From a virus (lineage: Duplodnaviria; Heunggongvirae; Uroviricota; Caudoviricetes): 4,194 nucleotides of DNA. The notes under the pieces were generated by a model that did not search any database, was not told the DNA's origin, and saw only the letters and a program-made list of their open reading frames with translations. Location of the stretch: the IMG/VR virus record IMGVR_UViG_2657245528_000005. The stretch is one strand, 5' to 3'. The position numbers and the translations under genes are program-made. Below are positions 1 to 4,194 of this stretch, piece by piece; the first letter of the stretch is position 1; each line of letters begins with the position of its first letter.

Positions 1-47
1 CCGTGGTTATAACCAGCGACCAGTAGCGATTTGATTTTTGATTTCAT
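1..47 (-). CDS. N-terminal fragment (about 15 codons) of the gene following O, truncated by the window edge; by synteny a replication protein in the lambda P position
   Basis: ATG at 47..45 on the minus strand, 3 nt after the O stop (TGA, 53..51), preceded by an AGGTG SD-like motif; reads MKSKIKSLLVAGYNHG. Function assigned by position only; no similarity to lambda P recognised. Confidence 0.3.
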   Translation of the reverse strand, partial: MKSKIKSLLVAGYNH

Positions 48-50
48 GGT

Positions 51-911
51 TCACCTGTCGAAAAACACGTAGCCAGTTTTCGATACGGTGATTGCGGATG
101 ATGGTTTGGATTGTGGTTGAATGGTTTCTGGCTTTTCGTCGTTCCAGCGCTGACCGTTCAGGTAGCTCGATGGTAACAACCTGTCGAATCCGAACTGCTT
201 ACCATTCCTGCATGCGATGTCTTCTGCCAGCATCGTGGCAAACTCGCTTGCCGTACCCCTGGTAGTTTTACGCCATTCCCTGAACTGTGTTCTGAATGCC
301 GAAGCTGCGTTTTTCTTCCCGGCCTTCCGCATGCCTGCACACCAGAATATTTCCTCGAATGCCTTGTCGGTTTCTTCGTGACGGTCAGATGATTTTTCAC
401 ACTCCGTCCGAACACTTTCGGACATAGTGTTTTTATTATTTCTTTTTTCTTTTGTAATAGTTTCTTTTGTGTGTCCCTGTTTTGGTGACAGCGCTGTCAC
501 CGTTTTGGTGACACTTTTTGTCACCAATGCAGTGACATTATCACCAGAGTAGTGACACCCTTCGATTTGCCATTCCTCGATGTTCTTGTTAGGCCCGATT
601 TGCTGGCCTTCGCGAAGGATAACCTTCATCGCGATAAGCTCATTCTTGGCCTTGTTTACCTTCTGTCTTGGCAGCCTGGTAATTTGAGCTAACTGACTAT
701 CAGAGATGCGATCCATCTTTTTACCGTAGCCGTATGTTTTACGGCATATGGCGTGGGCAACCTTGCTCTGATTTTTCGTTAAATCTGCGCCGATAAGCTC
801 TTCATACAGGGCATTTGCAAGACGGGTATAACCATCTTCAACTTCTGCCACACGACGCTCCACAGGCCGTTGTGAAGGCCTTAAATGTGTTACGGTTGCA
901 AGATTACTCAT
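51..911 (-). CDS. O: Lambdoid replication initiator protein O (286 aa)
   Basis: Provided ORF; GGAG SD upstream of the ATG at 911..909. N-terminal region resembles lambda O as I recall it (DGY.RL...GADLTK.Q.KV...RKTYG..K.MDRI.DSQL..IT.LP...GPNKNI.EW). ori iterons lie inside the coding sequence as in lambda. Located immediately after cII. Confidence 0.9.
   Translation of the reverse strand: MSNLATVTHLRPSQRPVERRVAEVEDGYTRLANALYEELIGADLTKNQSKVAHAICRKTYGYGKKMDRISDSQLAQITRLPRQKVNKAKNELIAMKVILREGQQIGPNKNIEEWQIEGCHYSGDNVTALVTKSVTKTVTALSPKQGHTKETITKEKRNNKNTMSESVRTECEKSSDRHEETDKAFEEIFWCAGMRKAGKKNAASAFRTQFREWRKTTRGTASEFATMLAEDIACRNGKQFGFDRLLPSSYLNGQRWNDEKPETIQPQSKPSSAITVSKTGYVFFDR
428..560. repeat. Replication origin inside O: AT-rich tract (428..475) next to four spaced iteron-like repeats (484..501, 507..525, 531..545, 551..560)
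   Basis: GGTGACAGCGCTGTCACC (perfect palindrome), GGTGACACTTTTTGTCACC, AGTGACATTATCACC, AGTGACACC at roughly 20-24 bp spacing, flanked by a T-rich tract on the side downstream in the O reading direction. Same architecture as lambda ori, but the repeat sequence is not lambda's. Confidence 0.7.
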
Positions 912-1050
912 GACCTTTCTCCTTCTGCATCAGCTTCACTTTTTCCAACTCAGCCCGGAATCGACCAGGCTGCTTGAAGCTGGACAGGAAGCGATCACGT
1001 AGTATGTGTTTGTGAATTTTGTCCTGGTAAGGACTGAGTTGTTTTGTCAT
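904..1050 (-). CDS. Hypothetical small basic protein (48 aa) between cII and O, overlapping the O start
   Basis: Hand-translated: ATG at 1050..1048 preceded by AGGAG with a 5-nt spacer; reads [48 protein letters not shown]; stop TAA at 906..904 overlaps the O start (ATGAGTAA). Below the size cut-off of the ORF track. No homolog recognised. Confidence 0.4.
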   Translation of the reverse strand: MTKQLSPYQDKIHKHILRDRFLSSFKQPGRFRAELEKVKLMQKEKGHE

Positions 1051-1084
1051 AATGACTCCTGTGGATTGATCCAGTCTTTCTACA

Positions 1085-1366
1085 TCAGGCCTCGAAGAAT
1101 TCGCCGTTCTTCGGGGCTTTTTCTTTTGTCAGGTAATTGGCAAGCCGCTTAGTCAGCTCAGCCATTTCATCGTCTTCGATTCCGTATTCCAGAACAGCCA
1201 GCATCATGCTTACCTGCGAGAAGAAACCATTCTTCCATCGGCTTACCTGATATTCAGGAACCCCCATTGCTCGAGCGAATGTCTTCTGCCCCATCAGTGC
1301 CAGTTTGTTCAGCAAGGCTGACTCGATGCGAGCCGCTTTCTTGCTTTTAGTTGCAATAGTACCCAT
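1085..1366 (-). CDS. cII: CII-like transcriptional activator (93 aa)
   Basis: Provided ORF; AAGGAAA SD upstream. Clear similarity to lambda CII as recalled ([13 protein letters not shown]...A.A.GV...Q.SRWK.....FS.LLAVLE.G..DD.MA.L) but diverged. Position between cro and O. Confidence 0.85.
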   Translation of the reverse strand: MGTIATKSKKAARIESALLNKLALMGQKTFARAMGVPEYQVSRWKNGFFSQVSMMLAVLEYGIEDDEMAELTKRLANYLTKEKAPKNGEFFEA

Positions 1367-1373
1367 AGATAAT
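1341..1373 (+). promoter_or_regulatory. Putative pRE (CII-activated promoter for repressor establishment) with a TTGC-N6-TTGC CII box
   Basis: TTGCttttagTTGC at 1341..1354 on the plus strand, antisense within the first codons of cII and directed toward cI, with a candidate -10 GATAAT at 1368..1373. The placement mirrors lambda pRE. Confidence 0.55.
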
Positions 1374-1442
1374 TTCCTTAATGATTAGATAGAGTTGGCT
1401 TCGCAAAGAAACGCAAAACCATAGAGATTTGTTTCTGGTAAT

Positions 1443-1474
1443 GCCCTTTTTCAGGGCGGTGATGTGTAAGAGCG
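1443..1474 (-). promoter_or_regulatory. nutR (boxA and boxB) N-utilisation site
   Basis: Minus strand reads CGCTCTTAC (boxA, plus coords 1466..1474), an 8-nt spacer, then GCCCTGAAAAAGGGC (boxB, 1443..1457). Both match lambda nutR as recalled. Lies between cro and cII; a Rho-dependent tR1-equivalent would be expected just downstream (about 1380..1440) but cannot be read from sequence. Confidence 0.85.
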
Positions 1475-1482
1475 GGAATGTC

Positions 1483-2835
<1,353 letters not shown>

Positions 2836-2885
2836 CCCTCACCTCAATTTCGACAACCAAAAAACAAACTATTTTCCGTTTAAAA

Positions 2886-2965
2886 ACAATGGAGTTTGTT
2901 TTTCACGCCCATTTTTACAATATTTCTTGTTTACAACATACAATCTTTCTTGTAATTTTAAGCCA
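2886..2965 (+). promoter_or_regulatory. Left operator OL with three 14-bp 434-type sites (2886..2899, 2917..2930, 2940..2953) and the pL promoter directed toward N
   Basis: ACAATGGAGTTTGT, ACAATATTTCTTGT, ACAATCTTTCTTGT (all ACAA-N6-TTGT). Candidate -35 TTTACA (2930..2935) and -10 TAATTT (2953..2958). The downstream sequence ATCAGCAGGACGCACTGACCACCATGAAGGTGA matches the start of the lambda pL transcript as recalled. Confidence 0.75.
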
Positions 2966-2997
2966 TCAGCAGGACGCACTGACCACCATGAAGGTGA

Positions 2998-3028
2998 GGC
3001 TCTTAAAAATTAAGCCCTGAAGAAGGGC
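2998..3028 (+). promoter_or_regulatory. nutL (boxA-like and boxB) N-utilisation site
   Basis: boxB GCCCTGAAGAAGGGC at 3014..3028, identical to lambda nutL boxB; boxA-like GGCTCTTAA at 2998..3006 (lambda has CGCTCTTAA, from memory). Confidence 0.9.
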
Positions 3029-3296
3029 AGCATTCAAAGCAGAAGGCTTTGGGGTGTGGTGAAGCCAGCTAGTCACTGGCAAGTGCTTACCTACTGTTGA
3101 GCGGTGAAGCGCTCCCAACGCTAGCAATAGCGTGGACGAGATGGGGAGCCGCGGGCGATAAGGCCGCCATAACGCGCACGTTGTCGCATGGAAAAATCGC
3201 TGGGGTGCCGGTTATACCCCTCCGAATGAGACTCAACAAGCTGGAGCTAGACTACCAGCCACCACACCACCAAAGCTAACTGACAGGAGAATCCAG

Positions 3297-3629
3297 ATGG
3301 ATGCACAAACACGCCGCCGCGAACGTCGCGCAGAGAAACAGGCTCAATGGAAAGCAGCAAATCCCCTGTTGGTTGGGGTAAGCGCAAAACCAGTTAACCG
3401 CCCTATTCTCTCTCTGAATCGCAAACCGAAATCACGAGTAGAAAGCGCACTGAATCCGATAGACCTTACGGTGCTGGCTGAATACCACGAACAGATTGAA
3501 AGCAACCTGCAGCGTATTGAGCGCAAGAATCAGCGCACATGGTACAGCAAGCCACGCAGTGAAATGGGTGTGACCTGTTCAGGCCGCCAGAAGCAACGTG
3601 GAAAATCAATTCCAGCTTATTGCGATTGA
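3297..3629 (+). CDS. N: Antitermination protein N (110 aa)
   Basis: Provided ORF; AGGAGAA SD upstream. N-terminus MDAQTRRRERRAEKQAQWKAANPLLVGVSAKPVNRPILSLNRKPKSRVESALNPIDLTVLAEY is the lambda N arginine-rich boxB-binding motif and NusA-binding region as recalled; the C-terminal residues differ slightly. Confidence 0.95.
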   Translation: MDAQTRRRERRAEKQAQWKAANPLLVGVSAKPVNRPILSLNRKPKSRVESALNPIDLTVLAEYHEQIESNLQRIERKNQRTWYSKPRSEMGVTCSGRQKQRGKSIPAYCD

Positions 3630-3637
3630 GGTGAGCC

Positions 3638-3775
3638 ATGCTCAAGAAAGTCAAACGCCGACTTTACAAAGAAGGTAGATATTCATGCCAGTTGCCAAAA
3701 TGCGACACAACAAAATGGAGTGTCGATGATTGGTGTAACTGGATAGATAGATACGGAACTTGGTGGGATAAATAA
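3638..3775 (+). CDS. Hypothetical Cys/Trp-rich micro-protein (45 aa) immediately downstream of N
   Basis: Hand-translated: ATG at 3638 with a GAGGTGA SD overlapping the N stop; reads MLKKVKRRLYKEGRYSCQLPKCDTTKWSVDDWCNWIDRYGTWWDK; stop TAA at 3773..3775. Three Cys and six Trp in 45 residues. Below the ORF-track cut-off. No homolog recognised. Confidence 0.4.
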   Translation: MLKKVKRRLYKEGRYSCQLPKCDTTKWSVDDWCNWIDRYGTWWDK

Positions 3776-3829
3776 CAGGTAACTTAAGCGTATTTACTTT
3801 CGCAGCAAACCACTTATTTGAGGTGATAT

Positions 3830-3916
3830 ATGGAAGAAGAATTTGAAGAGTTCGAAGAGCATCCACAGGATGTGATGGAACAATACCAGGACTATCCGTA
3901 TGACTACGACTATTGA
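3830..3916 (+). CDS. Acidic 28-aa micro-ORF overlapping the ral start by 17 nt (lambda orf28-like arrangement)
   Basis: Hand-translated: ATG at 3830 with a GAGGTGA SD and 4-nt spacer; reads MEEEFEEFEEHPQDVMEQYQDYPYDYDY; stop TGA at 3914..3916. Length and the 17-nt overlap with ral match my recollection of lambda orf28. Confidence 0.45.
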   Translation: MEEEFEEFEEHPQDVMEQYQDYPYDYDY

Positions 3917-4100
3917 TAAAAATCAATGGTGTGGACAATTCAAACGATGCAATGGATGCAAGCTGCAATCGGAATGCATGGTTAAGCCTGAAGAAATGTT
4001 TCCTGTAATGGAGAATGGGAAATATGTCGATAAATGGGCAATACGAACGACGGAAATGATTGCCAGAGAACTTGGTAAACAGAATAACAAGGCTGCCTGA
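3900..4100 (+). CDS. ral: Ral, restriction alleviation protein (66 aa)
   Basis: Provided ORF; MTTTIDKNQWCGQFKRCNGCKLQSECMVKPEEMFPVMENGKYVDKWAIRTTEMIARELGKQNNKAA is near-identical to lambda Ral as recalled. Confidence 0.9.
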   Translation: MTTTIDKNQWCGQFKRCNGCKLQSECMVKPEEMFPVMENGKYVDKWAIRTTEMIARELGKQNNKAA

Positions 4101-4117
4101 TGGTGGCCTTTATTTTT
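4089..4117 (+). terminator. Putative intrinsic terminator-like hairpin at the end of ral
   Basis: AAGGCTGCC (4089..4097), loop TGAT, GGTGGCCTT (4102..4110): a 9-bp stem with two G-U pairs, followed by TATTTTT (4111..4117). The ral stop codon lies in the loop. Confidence 0.4.
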
Positions 4118-4146
4118 GGCACAAACAACAGAATAAACACTGCACT

Positions 4147-4174
4147 GTGTATTCATTCCAACGAGTGAATACAC
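4147..4174. repeat. Perfect 9-bp inverted repeat GTGTATTCA / TGAATACAC with a 10-nt spacer
   Basis: 4147..4155 and 4166..4174 are exact reverse complements. Intergenic, downstream of ral. Function unknown (RNA hairpin or protein-binding site). Confidence 0.4.
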
Positions 4175-4194
4175 GGAGCAATGTCGCTCGTAAC

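Noticed and set aside
158-415. 85-aa ORF on the minus strand
   Set aside because: Lies entirely within the O gene on the same strand in another frame. No SD, and the product is Arg/Ser/Gly-rich low-complexity typical of an out-of-frame artefact.
484-560. Possible CRISPR-like repeat array
   Set aside because: The repeats are short, imperfect, palindromic and only four in number, with no unique spacers of constant length, and they lie inside O. This fits replication-origin iterons, not CRISPR.
3097-3279. 60-aa ORF in the N leader
   Set aside because: Starts with TTG, has no SD, and lies in a GC-rich segment where long open frames arise by chance. More likely structured leader RNA than coding.
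3344-3654. Two minus-strand ORFs (3344..3526 and 3466..3654, 60 and 62 aa)
   Set aside because: Both are antisense within N, whose identity is secure; no SD motifs.
3651-3968. 105-aa ORF on the minus strand
   Set aside because: Antisense to the N-ral interval, the micro-ORFs and the ral start. Hydrophobic low-complexity product, no SD. The plus-strand genes have proper SDs and a lambda-like arrangement.
3923-4174. 83-aa ORF on the minus strand
   Set aside because: Antisense to ral and the terminator hairpin; its start falls inside the inverted repeat at 4166..4174; no SD.

Overview
This window is the early regulatory (immunity) core of a lambdoid phage or prophage, in inverted orientation relative to the conventional lambda map. 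On the minus strand: the start of a P-position replication gene, replication initiator O with an embedded iteron/AT-rich ori, a 48-codon ORF coupled to O, cII, nutR and cro. On the plus strand: cI, a signal-peptide protein coupled to cI, OL/pL, nutL, N, two micro-ORFs and ral. The immunity module is of the phage 434 type: Cro and the cI N-terminal domain match what I recall of 434, and all six operators are 14-bp ACAA-N6-TTGT sites. N, nutL, nutR and ral are near-lambda, while cII and O are diverged, so the region is mosaic. The best candidate for an undescribed function is the 134-aa secreted protein at 2431..2835, which sits where lambda carries rexAB and is translationally coupled to cI, so it is probably expressed in the lysogen. 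Secondary candidates are a GC-rich block replacing the middle of the N leader and a Cys/Trp-rich micro-ORF where lambda has sieB. All identifications are from reading the sequence and recalled protein/site sequences; no searches were run.
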